IMG/VR virus record: IMGVR_UViG_3300035445_000156
Coordinates: 1-64,000 of that record
DNA length: 64,000 bases
Direction: 5' to 3' (one strand)
Origin: an uncultured virus (IMG/VR IMGVR_UViG_3300035445_000156)
Taxonomy: Duplodnaviria > Heunggongvirae > Uroviricota > Caudoviricetes
Made by a program: the position numbers and the translations under genes. Below, piece by piece: positions 55,684-64,000 of this stretch (position 1 is its first letter; each line of letters opens with the position of its first letter). The notes under the pieces are model-generated. The model did not search any database. It had not been told where the DNA came from and saw only the letters and a list, made by a program, of their open reading frames with translations.

Positions 55684-56157
55684 ATGGGTTTCACGGTAGG
55701 GATCGTCAAGCCGCGCGCGACGCGGCACCTCGGGAGAATCCTCGAGGTGCTGACGCGCGGCGGATTCGTCATCGACGAGGTGCGGGTGCTGGAGTTGACG
55801 GACGAGGAAGCGCGCGAGTTCTACGCGGAGCACGCGGGGAAGCCGTTCTTCGACGAGCACGTCGCGTTCATGACGAGCGAGCCCGTCGTTTTCCTCGTGC
55901 TCTCGATGCCAGCGCTCGACAACTCAGGCGAGCTGTCCGTCAAGACGCTGCGGAAGTTGCTCGGGGACACGGACCCGAAGAAGGCGGCCCCGTTCACGAT
56001 CAGGTGCCGGTTCGGCAGCAACGAGCTCCCGGACAACGCGATGCACGGCTCCTCGGACCCGGACGCGGCGGTCCGGGAATTCAAGTTGTTCCGTCGCTTC
56101 TGCGAATCGCGCGGTGACCGTTCTCTAGGAGTCCTCCGAGACGGGGAATCCGGGTGA
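55684..56157 (+). CDS. ndk: Nucleoside diphosphate kinase
   Basis: IVKP; FYAEHAGKPFF; G.TDP...TIR; NAMHGS. Confidence 0.95.
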   Translation: MGFTVGIVKPRATRHLGRILEVLTRGGFVIDEVRVLELTDEEAREFYAEHAGKPFFDEHVAFMTSEPVVFLVLSMPALDNSGELSVKTLRKLLGDTDPKKAAPFTIRCRFGSNELPDNAMHGSSDPDAAVREFKLFRRFCESRGDRSLGVLRDGESG

Positions 56158-56828
56158 TCCTCGGGGACGCGGAGATCCGGCGGGCGCTCGACGCGGGCGA
56201 GATCGCGGTCGATCCCATGGCGCCGTGGGCGCTCGGGACGAACTCGATCGACCTCCACCTGGCGCCGTCGCTGCGCGTCTACGCCGACGTCGTGCTCCGG
56301 ACCGACCGGGACTGCCCGACGCGCGAGGTCCCGATCCCGCCCGGCGTCGGCGTGTGCCTGAGCCCGGGCGAGCTCTACCTCGCCTCGACCGTCGAGCGCA
56401 CGAGGAGCGGGCCCTACCTGCCGGTCATCGACGGGACGAGCGGCGCGGGCCGGCTCGGGATCAGCGTGCACCAGACGGCGGGGATCGGCGATGTCGGCTT
56501 CGAGGGGCACTGGACTCTCGAGCTCGCGGTCGTGCGACCGGTGCGCGTGTTCGGGGGAGAGCCGATCGCGCAGCTCCGGTTCTTCGAGGTCGCGGGTCGC
56601 GTGCTCGTGCCGTACGGGGAGAAGGAGACGGCGAGCTACGCGGACGCGAGGGAGAGCGGGCCGGTCCCGCGCGGCTCGCGGATGTGGCGCAAGAGGCGGT
56701 GGACGGGTGCCCCGAAGTGCGACTCGTGCGGCGGGACGAGCTTCCGTCAGTCGGACACGAGCGACCCGGGGTCGCCCGGTGCGTCGGGTGCGGGACGGTT
56801 CGGTGCGTGTGGAAGGGAGAAGATGTGA
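56154..56828 (+). CDS. dcd: dCTP deaminase
   Basis: NSIDLHL; GTSGAGRLGISVHQTAG.GDVGFEGHWTLEL. Confidence 0.93.
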   Translation: MILGDAEIRRALDAGEIAVDPMAPWALGTNSIDLHLAPSLRVYADVVLRTDRDCPTREVPIPPGVGVCLSPGELYLASTVERTRSGPYLPVIDGTSGAGRLGISVHQTAGIGDVGFEGHWTLELAVVRPVRVFGGEPIAQLRFFEVAGRVLVPYGEKETASYADARESGPVPRGSRMWRKRRWTGAPKCDSCGGTSFRQSDTSDPGSPGASGAGRFGACGREKM

Positions 56829-57646
56829 ACAAGGAAGAAGCGAACACAGCCTACGGACGCGCGGGAGAGGTGAGCAGGGTTGAGCTGCTCGATCACGGGT
56901 ACGTCGAGCTCGTCGAGACATGGGGGAGCGACGAGCGGATCGTCGAGGCGGCGCGGATGTCGACGGGGAAGAGGTTCCTCGGTTGGGGCGAACGCTGCCG
57001 ATCTTGCGGTTACCCGAAAGAGTGCGGCGACCATGAGGTGGGTTGCGCGGCGGATCCCGGACTCGCCGCGTCGTGGGTGCCCGGAGACGAACGGCTCCTC
57101 CGATTCCTGTGGGAGAACAAGCACGCGACCCCGTTCGAGATGGCGGGCGCGACGATCGAAGTGCAGGCGCCGATCATGGTGTTCCGCGAGTGGCACCGAC
57201 ACCGCACGCAGAGCTACAACGAGATGAGCGCGCGGTACGCGCCGTTGCCGGCTGTCGACTACCTGCCGACGGTCGAACGGGTCCTGATGGTCGACCCGAA
57301 AAATCATCAGGCGCAGGCGCTCGCGGGCAGTGAGAAGATCACGATGGAGTCGGCGCTGGAGTGGCTCGCTGAACTCGCCGACCTCTACGAGCACTGCGAG
57401 CGCGTTTATCAGAGCGGGCTGCGCCGCGGCGTGCCGAAGGAGCTTGCGCGACTCGCTGTGACGGTCGGGCGCTATTCGCGCATGCGCGCGAGCGGCAACC
57501 TGCGGAACTGGCTCGGCTTTCTGTCGCTCCGCATGCCGTCGAACGCCCAATTGGAGATCCGCTCGTACGCGACGGCCGCGCATGACCGCTTTTTCGTGCC
57601 CGCGTTCCCCCGGACGCTCGCGCTCTTCGACGAGAGGCGGGCGTGA
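56825..57646 (+). CDS. thyX: FAD-dependent thymidylate synthase
   Basis: HATPFE; REWHRHR...SYNEMSARY; LR...AQLEIR. Confidence 0.95.
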   Translation: MNKEEANTAYGRAGEVSRVELLDHGYVELVETWGSDERIVEAARMSTGKRFLGWGERCRSCGYPKECGDHEVGCAADPGLAASWVPGDERLLRFLWENKHATPFEMAGATIEVQAPIMVFREWHRHRTQSYNEMSARYAPLPAVDYLPTVERVLMVDPKNHQAQALAGSEKITMESALEWLAELADLYEHCERVYQSGLRRGVPKELARLAVTVGRYSRMRASGNLRNWLGFLSLRMPSNAQLEIRSYATAAHDRFFVPAFPRTLALFDERRA

Positions 57647-57972
57647 GCGGGCAGAAGAAGGACGGCGGCAAGGAACGCTGGGACCTGCTGCCGCACGACG
57701 CGCTCCGGGAGGTCGCGCGGGTGATGTCCTCGGTCCTCGTCGAGAACGGCGGCAAGTACGAGCCGCGCAATTGGGAGAAGGGGATCGCGGCGAGTCGCCT
57801 CTACGCGGCGGCCATGCAGCACCTGACCTCGTGGTGGACGGGTGAGGACCTCGACCCGGAGACCGGTCTGCACCACCTCGCGCACGCTGCGTGCTGCGTC
57901 CTGTTCATGCTGGCGCTGGCCAGGCGCAGTCACAAGCACGACGACCGACCGATGAGCGAGCGGCTCCCCTGA
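57643..57972 (+). CDS. dATP/dGTP diphosphohydrolase (DUF5664-type)
   Basis: KDGGKERWDLLP...KY..RNWEKG...DPETGLHHLAHAACC. Confidence 0.88.
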   Translation: MSGQKKDGGKERWDLLPHDALREVARVMSSVLVENGGKYEPRNWEKGIAASRLYAAAMQHLTSWWTGEDLDPETGLHHLAHAACCVLFMLALARRSHKHDDRPMSERLP

Positions 57973-57986
57973 TACCGTCGCCGCCC

Positions 57987-58952
57987 ATGGCGACGCGGAT
58001 CCTGGTCAACTCTGTCCTCCTAGGCACCTCTCAGCTCTGGCCCGGCTCGACCTTCGACACGGTGAAGGACGCGACGGACATCGCGGACATCACCGCGGCC
58101 GGCGGGCTCCTCTGGGACGGCGCCGACCCGATCGTCGCCGCCTACGCGGTCCTCGCCCGGGCGGTCAGGCAGCGGGCGGGCGACCTGTCGGCGGCCGAGA
58201 GCCTGATGCAGAGCGGCGTGCAGGACTCGCAGAGCGCGAGCATCGCGTCGGTCGCGGGGAGCATCCCGACGGCCACGTCGTCGGTCGCGCAGGCGGTCGC
58301 GAGCGCGACGACCGGCCTGACGGTCGACTCCGCCGTGACCGGGGCGACTGTCGACTCCGCGTCGCTCGTCGCGCACGAGACGCTCTTCAGCGTCGAGGCC
58401 GCCGCGGTCGCCCTCGGGACGATCGCGGAGAGCGCGGCGACTGCCAACCCGACCGCGCAGCCGGGGCACCCGCGCGTGCTCGACGTCGTGTTCGCGGCGG
58501 GCTGGGAGGGCGGCGACGTCACGGTGACGGGTGTCAAGCCGGACGGGTCGGCCCAGACGGAGACCTTCACGAGCCCCGGAATAGGCGGCGGGACGGTGAG
58601 CGGCACGAAGCCGTTCGCGCTGATCGACGACCCCGGCGGCATCACGAACTCGGCGACCGGCGGCGCCGCGGACCTGGCGACCGTGCAGACGGCGGCCGGG
58701 ATCGGCGTCGCGACCGTGCCGTTCCTCGCGCTCGTCAAGCTCTCCGTCGACGGGGCGGACGAGGCGGCGACTTCGGTGAGCCTCGCGAACGGCTACTTCG
58801 TGCCGACGACCTCGCCCGACGGCACGAAGACGTACGAGGTCTGGTACACGGCCGGCCACGCGCACGCGGTCACCGACGCGGGCCACGCGCACGCGGTCAC
58901 CGACGCGGGCCACGCGCACGCCGGGGTCGCGCACTCTCACGCGCTCGTCTGA
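57987..58952 (+). CDS. Virion structural/fibre-like protein with HxH repeats
   Basis: Ala/Thr/Gly-rich; C-terminal GHAHAVTDA repeats. Confidence 0.6.
   Translation: MATRILVNSVLLGTSQLWPGSTFDTVKDATDIADITAAGGLLWDGADPIVAAYAVLARAVRQRAGDLSAAESLMQSGVQDSQSASIASVAGSIPTATSSVAQAVASATTGLTVDSAVTGATVDSASLVAHETLFSVEAAAVALGTIAESAATANPTAQPGHPRVLDVVFAAGWEGGDVTVTGVKPDGSAQTETFTSPGIGGGTVSGTKPFALIDDPGGITNSATGGAADLATVQTAAGIGVATVPFLALVKLSVDGADEAATSVSLANGYFVPTTSPDGTKTYEVWYTAGHAHAVTDAGHAHAVTDAGHAHAGVAHSHALV
58854..58921 (+). repeat. 27-bp coding tandem repeat, about 2.5 copies
   Basis: GGCCACGCGCACGCGGTCACCGACGCG. Confidence 0.9.
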
Positions 58953-58974
58953 CGCTGGTACCCTCGCGCCGGAC

Positions 58975-60141
58975 ATGTTCGGCGACATCTATGCTCTCCC
59001 CCTCACGTCCGCGGGGACGATCCCGAACGCGGCCCCCAACATCTCGGAGCCGGCCGAGGACCGCCGGTTCAGGACGCTGCCCGATCAGGCGGGGCCGAGG
59101 TCCCTGGTAGCGTGGGTCGACGGGACCGGGACCCTGACCGCGGAGATCTGGATCTACACCGGCCGCGGGTGGCTCGCGGTCGACTCGATCGACGTCGCGG
59201 CCGGGGTGCTGTCGGGCGAGCTCCCGGTCCCGAACGACGCGGTCCTCTTCGCGCGGATCGTCGCGTCGACCGCGTCGGGGACCCTGTTCCTCGGGAGCCG
59301 CCTGACGACCCCGAGTGCCGTCTCGACGCTCCCCCTGCCGGGGGGCGCGGCGACCGAGGCGAAGCAGAACGTCGGGAACGTCAGCCTCGCGAGCCTCGAC
59401 AGCAAGTCGCCCGCGTTGGTCGCCGGCAGGGTCCCGGTCGACGGGTCGGGCGTGACGCAGCCCGTGTCGGCGGCTTCTCTTCCCCTGCCGGCCGGCGCTT
59501 CGACGTCGGCGTTGCAGACGACCGGGAACACCTTCCTCGGGAGCATTGCGTCGAATTTTCCAGAAATTCAGGACGGCCTGTTGCCTGCCGTGGTGACGCA
59601 GGGGACGGCCGCGGCCGTGGCGGGCGCGTGGCCTGTGATCCCGACCGACGGGTCCGGCGGTCACATCACGCCCGCGGGAGACGTGGCGAGCCGGGCCCCG
59701 TTCGCCCGCGTGACCGACGGGACGAACACAACGGCGGTGAAGGCGGCGAGCACGGCGCCGGTCGCGACCGATCCTGCGGCAGTCGTCGCGCTGTCGCCGA
59801 ACACGCCGCAGCTCCCGGCGACGCTCGGGCCGAAGGCGCCGGCGAGCTCGTTCTCGACCGTTCCTTTTGTTGGTAGTGCGCTCACGACGCCTGCCGCATT
59901 CAGCGTGACGACCTCTGCTCAGCTCGGCTCCAACTCGTTTCCCGACGGCTTCACACTGCAAGCGCCGAGCACGAACACCGCCTCGATCTACCTGGCCGGT
60001 GCAAGCGCGGCGACCGTCGGCAAGGGCATCGAGCTCGCGCCGGGAGATGCGGTCACCCTGCAGCTCTCGAACACGAACGCGGTCTGGGCGGTTGCTGCTT
60101 CGGGCACGCAGGCGCTCATGGCCTCGGGAGTTACGTCATGA
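58975..60141 (+). CDS. Virion structural/fibre-like protein
   Basis: 'LPLPGGAATEAKQ' and 'LPLPAGASTSALQ' repeats; 'VDGSGVTQPVS'. Confidence 0.65.
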   Translation: MFGDIYALPLTSAGTIPNAAPNISEPAEDRRFRTLPDQAGPRSLVAWVDGTGTLTAEIWIYTGRGWLAVDSIDVAAGVLSGELPVPNDAVLFARIVASTASGTLFLGSRLTTPSAVSTLPLPGGAATEAKQNVGNVSLASLDSKSPALVAGRVPVDGSGVTQPVSAASLPLPAGASTSALQTTGNTFLGSIASNFPEIQDGLLPAVVTQGTAAAVAGAWPVIPTDGSGGHITPAGDVASRAPFARVTDGTNTTAVKAASTAPVATDPAAVVALSPNTPQLPATLGPKAPASSFSTVPFVGSALTTPAAFSVTTSAQLGSNSFPDGFTLQAPSTNTASIYLAGASAATVGKGIELAPGDAVTLQLSNTNAVWAVAASGTQALMASGVTS

Positions 60142-60563
60142 GCGGGGTGACACTGAAGAAGTCCCCGTCCCGGATCAAGAACGCCGCGACGTTCGGGGCC
60201 GGTAACCTGACAACCGGCACGACCACGCGGTACCTGCCGTACGGCTACGTGTCTGGAAACGCTCCAACAACGCCGCAGGACGTAAAGCTCGTCGCTCCCG
60301 AAGTGATCGACACGATCGGCGTCCACATAAATAGCGCAGGCGCTGATGCGACCGACTCAGTGACATTCACGCTCCGCAAGAACGGTGCGCCCACAGCTCT
60401 CGCGCTCGTGATCAGTCCCCTGAACGGCACTGTCGACGCGTCTACGACGGGCGCACCGGTGACCTTTGCGCCGGGCGATACCTGGGGTATGCAGAACGAC
60501 AAGAGCGGCACCCTCACAACCGCGCCGATGGACGTCTACGTCACGATAGGGAGAACGACATGA
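60138..60563 (+). CDS. Beta-rich structural protein
   Basis: ATGA overlap; Thr/Gly-rich. Confidence 0.6.
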   Translation: MSGVTLKKSPSRIKNAATFGAGNLTTGTTTRYLPYGYVSGNAPTTPQDVKLVAPEVIDTIGVHINSAGADATDSVTFTLRKNGAPTALALVISPLNGTVDASTTGAPVTFAPGDTWGMQNDKSGTLTTAPMDVYVTIGRTT

Positions 60564-60952
60564 GTCTGAGCGTCGAACAATTCCAACACAGTGCTCTTAC
60601 CGAGGACGCGTCGGCCATCAGCCCGACCGCGTGGACCGACGTGCTCGTCGTCGAGGTCGACAGCTTCGGTGACACGAGGCTCGACATCGTCGGCACGCCG
60701 ATCTTGGGGTGCACGATCGGCGGCGGCTACAGGTTGTTGATCGACGGTGGCGGATTCTCGAGCGAGATCCTCGTCGATGAGATCTCGCTCGAGCTCCTCT
60801 CCCGCAAGGCGTACCGCACCCAGGCGGTCGTCGTGCTGCCGGGCAGCGACGAGGTGACCTACACGGTGAAGCTGCAGGCACGAGCGACCATTCTCGGAAG
60901 CGTCACGCCGCGCGCGGGCTCCGTGCTGCGCGTCCTCGAAGTTTCCAACTAG
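60560..60952 (+). CDS. Beta-rich structural protein
   Basis: ATGA overlap; 'YTVKLQAR...LRVLEV' fibre-type C-terminus. Confidence 0.6.
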   Translation: MSLSVEQFQHSALTEDASAISPTAWTDVLVVEVDSFGDTRLDIVGTPILGCTIGGGYRLLIDGGGFSSEILVDEISLELLSRKAYRTQAVVVLPGSDEVTYTVKLQARATILGSVTPRAGSVLRVLEVSN

Positions 60953-61012
60953 CTCTTCGTCTTCGAGTTCGCCGGATAATCCCGGACGTCGACCCGCATC
61001 ATCGCGGGCGAC

Positions 61013-61660
61013 ATGGCGAGCGAGAACCGAGATCGACGACAGGCCGAGGTCGCGAGGTGGGCGGCCGAGTGCTTCGGGCGAGAGCAGGCGACGTCCCTGC
61101 CGCAGCGGGGGATTCGTCTCCTCGAGGAGGCGGTCGAGCTCGCGCAGGCGGCGGGCTGCGAACGGGCGATGGCGCTCGCGTTGGTCGACTATGTGTTCTC
61201 GCGGCCCGTCGGGGAGCTCGGCCGCGAGATCGGCGGGGTGAGCACGACGTTGCTCGCGCTCGCCGAGGCCGCCGGGACGAGCGCGGACGAAGAGGAGGCG
61301 CGCGAGGTCGCTCGCGTCCTGGCCGCGCCCCGGGAGCACTTCGCGGCCCGCAACGCCGCGAAGAACGCGGCCGGCTTCCTGGCGGCCGGGGGAGATAACA
61401 TCTCCCGGGACGCGAGGGACGGCGAAGCGAGAGACCTGACTTTCTGCGCGAACGCGGTCGAGAGCGTCGCGGGTGAGCTGGAGTCGCAGGCGCGGGAGAT
61501 CGACCGGGTACCCCACCTCTACGCCCGCGAGGCGGCAGCGGCGCTGAAGATACAGGCGGGGTTGCTACGGGCGCTCGTGCCGTCGATCCGCGAAGTGAAC
61601 GCCGAGATCGAGGACTTCTTCGCTCGTTGGGGGCGCTCGATCGCATCATCGGGCGCATGA
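61013..61660 (+). CDS. MazG-like all-alpha NTP pyrophosphohydrolase with C-terminal extension
   Basis: 'RLLEEAVELAQA...REIGGV' acidic motif pattern. Confidence 0.6.
   Translation: MASENRDRRQAEVARWAAECFGREQATSLPQRGIRLLEEAVELAQAAGCERAMALALVDYVFSRPVGELGREIGGVSTTLLALAEAAGTSADEEEAREVARVLAAPREHFAARNAAKNAAGFLAAGGDNISRDARDGEARDLTFCANAVESVAGELESQAREIDRVPHLYAREAAAALKIQAGLLRALVPSIREVNAEIEDFFARWGRSIASSGA
61391..61405. repeat. Internally deleted palindrome remnant GGAGATAACATCTCC
   Basis: Left arm plus right end with 9 bp missing, so the frame is preserved. Confidence 0.7.
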
Positions 61661-62118
61661 GCGAGGACGGAACTACGGCGGAGGCGGGCGAGGACCTCGT
61701 TCTGCAGCTCGCGCAGGACGCAAAGCGGGCGCAGAAGAGGCGCGAGACTCCGGGGTTCAAGGCGGACATGGCGCTCCGCGTCGGCGACCGGGACGCACTC
61801 CGGCTCGCGGACATGGCGCTCCTGCGCGACCTGCTCGACGACTCGGAGATCACTGCCGGCGAGGGGGGCGCGTTCGACGAGATGCTCCGCGAGCTCCGGC
61901 GGGGGCGGTTCCCGCTCTCCAAGCGGCAGCGGGCATGGGCGGAGCGGGTGGCGAGGCGGGTCGGCGTGACCGTCGGCGACCCGGCCAAGAGGAACGAGCG
62001 GGTGCCGAGGGGCGCGGACGTCGAGCCGCCGCCGGTCCTCTCGGCGGGCAGCGTGCGGGGCGCGCTGGAGGCCCGGGAGCGGGCGAGGCGGCGGGCGGCG
62101 GAGAAGGCGAGGGCGTGA
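61657..62118 (+). CDS. Hypothetical protein
   Basis: CATCAT box 7 nt upstream. Confidence 0.65.
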   Translation: MSEDGTTAEAGEDLVLQLAQDAKRAQKRRETPGFKADMALRVGDRDALRLADMALLRDLLDDSEITAGEGGAFDEMLRELRRGRFPLSKRQRAWAERVARRVGVTVGDPAKRNERVPRGADVEPPPVLSAGSVRGALEARERARRRAAEKARA

Positions 62119-62795
62119 TGGAGCGAGAAAGCCAGAAGAAGTTCACGTACGTCGACCTGGTCGACCGGGCGCGCGTGATGATCCTGATGCTCGTCGACGC
62201 GGCGGCGTTCGGCGAGTTGGTCGAGGCCGACCTGGTCGGGGACGCGGTGAGGGACGCGATCGCCGAGCTGCGAGACGCGGGCGAGATCGAGCAGGCGTCG
62301 GGGCCGAGCGACCGGCAGGCGGGCTACGGTTTCGGGCAGCACCGCGCGACGCGCGCTCGGTGGGCGCGCAGGTTGGCCGAGTACGCGCTGGAGTTCGAGG
62401 AGAGCTCGCCGGGGCCGGACGTCGACGCGCTCGCGGAGCGATTCGACGAGTTGCTGGGCGGGCGACCGGTCGCCGGGGGTGAGCGGCACCCGTGCACTCG
62501 GCGCGACCGAGACGGGCCGCCTCTACCGCCGACGACCCGCGACAGCGCGCCCGCCGACATCGACCGCGAGCTCGCCGATGAACTCTCGTTGCTCGTGCGC
62601 GACTGCTTCTCCCCCGTCAAGGGATGGGATTCGCGGCGCGTGTCGATCCGCGAGAGGGCGATCCACATCTACCGGCGCTTTCGGGCTCTCGGCCGACTCC
62701 CTCCCGAGGCGGTCGCGCTGCTCGACTTCGTGCACGCGGAGTTGTTGAAGGAGGCCGTCCCGCCCCGCGGCGGGCAGCCGGTCCCGCACGCGTGA
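62118..62795 (+). CDS. Hypothetical protein
   Basis: TGATG coupling. Confidence 0.6.
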   Translation: MERESQKKFTYVDLVDRARVMILMLVDAAAFGELVEADLVGDAVRDAIAELRDAGEIEQASGPSDRQAGYGFGQHRATRARWARRLAEYALEFEESSPGPDVDALAERFDELLGGRPVAGGERHPCTRRDRDGPPLPPTTRDSAPADIDRELADELSLLVRDCFSPVKGWDSRRVSIRERAIHIYRRFRALGRLPPEAVALLDFVHAELLKEAVPPRGGQPVPHA

Positions 62796-63013
62796 GGGTC
62801 CGCCCCTTCGCCGCGCGCTGCTTCCGGCTCGATCACGTCCAGGCGATCGTCCGGCTGCCGTGCTCGGGCTGCGGCGTGGGGACTGAGGTGCTCGTGCACC
62901 TGGCGGACTGCCGGGACGACGACGAGCGGGAGGCGAGGCTGGAGGGGGCATTCGAGAACCCGAGGTGCGCCGCGTGCGCCGGGAGAGGAGCGTTCCGTGA
63001 GGGTCAGGTCTGA
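62792..63013 (+). CDS. Small Zn-finger protein
   Basis: CSGC...CAAC. Confidence 0.5.
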   Translation: MRVRPFAARCFRLDHVQAIVRLPCSGCGVGTEVLVHLADCRDDDEREARLEGAFENPRCAACAGRGAFREGQV

Positions 63014-63596
63014 GGTCAGGCGGGCGGCGGCCGTGCCGGTCGTCCCTCCGTCGGAGGTGACGGGGGCGCGGGCCGACCGACTGCTGGAGGTCGCGGGGGT
63101 CAGGGACGAGCACCTCGTCCTGCTCGTGGACGGCGGGGAGGCGCTCGCGGGCGCGTTCCTCCGGGCGCATCGCCTCCGGATCGACCGGCGCCGGAGGAGT
63201 CCCCCGAACACGGGCCCGGGGCTGCACGTCATCGAGACCTCCGAGGGGCCGCGCGCCGCCGTGTGGCGGATGTTCGACGAGGCGTGGCCCCCCGGGGCGA
63301 TGGAGGGGCGCGTGCTCGGCGACCCGCCCGAGCGGTTCCCGGCGGTCGTCTCTGGCGGCTTCGACCGGGTGGTCGTCTGCGCCGGTCACCTCGACCCGGA
63401 GCGGGCCGCGAGGCGGGTCCTCTGCTGCTACTTCCTGCTCGGGCCGGGCGGCCGGCTCGTCGCGTCGCTCGACCGGGTCGCGCTCGACGCGGATGGCGGC
63501 CGGCTCGCGCGCTGGGTCGACATGCAGGGCGGCGAGTACCACGCGCCGGACGGGACGCTCGACTCGCCCGCCCGGGTCGTCGCGGTCGACCGGTGA
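62997..63596 (+). CDS. Hypothetical protein
   Basis: GAGGAG SD; codon bias. Confidence 0.6.
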   Translation: MRVRSEVRRAAAVPVVPPSEVTGARADRLLEVAGVRDEHLVLLVDGGEALAGAFLRAHRLRIDRRRRSPPNTGPGLHVIETSEGPRAAVWRMFDEAWPPGAMEGRVLGDPPERFPAVVSGGFDRVVVCAGHLDPERAARRVLCCYFLLGPGGRLVASLDRVALDADGGRLARWVDMQGGEYHAPDGTLDSPARVVAVDR

Positions 63597-63821
63597 TACC
63601 GGGACAGGACGTGCGGCCCCGGGGGTCGTCGAGTACGACGTCCCGGATCGGGACACGGGCGAGCCGACGACGATCCGCTTCATGGCGTGCTTCCCCCTCC
63701 CTGCCGTCGAGGTCGCGGCCGCTCGCCCCGACCTGTTCGTCGCGTTCGTCCGTCGCGCGCTGCACGTCGGCGGGGTCAGGGTCTTCGACCCGCACGCGTG
63801 CGAGCCGGCATCATCCGGGGC

Positions 63822-64000
63822 ATGAGCGAGGGTGAATCGCGGTTCGTGCGGCTGATCCGGGAGATCCGGGAGACGGACTCGGTCGAGGGCGCGGCGCGGG
63901 AGATCGCGTCGCTGTCGGGGCCGGAGGCGGCCCGACTGACCTGCGACCTGTGCGCGCTGCTGGCCCCGTACCTGGTCGGCAGACTGCACGCGGAGATCGT
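63822..64000 (+). CDS. Hypothetical protein, truncated by the window end
   Basis: ATG 7 nt after CATCAT; open to the end of the window. Confidence 0.55.
   Translation, partial: MSEGESRFVRLIREIRETDSVEGAAREIASLSGPEAARLTCDLCALLAPYLVGRLHAEI

Noticed and set aside
58854..58921. 27-bp tandem repeat as a regulatory array or DGR repeat
   Set aside because: It is a coding HxH repeat typical of fibre proteins; no reverse transcriptase was seen
63493..63825. ORF ending ...VVEYDVPDRDTGEPTTIRFMACF...
   Set aside because: The 3' part looks coding but I could not assign a start codon, so it was not called

Overview
This window is a roughly 64-kb slice of a large, very GC-rich, contractile-tailed (myovirus-type) phage genome. 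A myxobacterial (Myxococcota) host is inferred from one protein family. Positions 1-23 kb hold the tail module: sheath, tube, chaperone with a -1 frameshift, tape measure, lytic transglycosylase and baseplate, interrupted by reverse-strand genes. Positions 23.5-44 kb hold a T4-like replication and recombination set: SF2 helicase, DnaB, primase, UvrD, sigma factor, PolB, SSB, RecA, split SbcD, SbcC and RuvC. Positions 44-58 kb hold a ParB/ABC-GNAT locus, DinG, an MT-A70 methylase and nucleotide metabolism genes (ndk, dcd, thyX, dNTP pyrophosphohydrolase). Positions 58-64 kb hold virion-like and hypothetical genes. No capsid, large terminase, integrase, tRNA or CRISPR array was recognised. The most unusual content is a layered set of cis elements. 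(1) A perfect 22-bp palindrome, GAGATAACACCGGTGTTATCTC, occurs in 11 exact and 3 degenerate copies; five exact copies are translated in frame inside proteins including PolB and SbcC. (2) A second operator, TAGGACATNATGTCCTA, overlaps the spacer of up to 7 sigma70-type promoters. (3) A CATCAT/GATGAT-type box lies 6-7 nt before more than 20 start codons, implying leaderless expression, and is sometimes bidirectional. (4) Several hairpin RNA candidates begin at or near the transcription starts predicted from that box. All protein calls come from motif recognition by eye; no database search was run.
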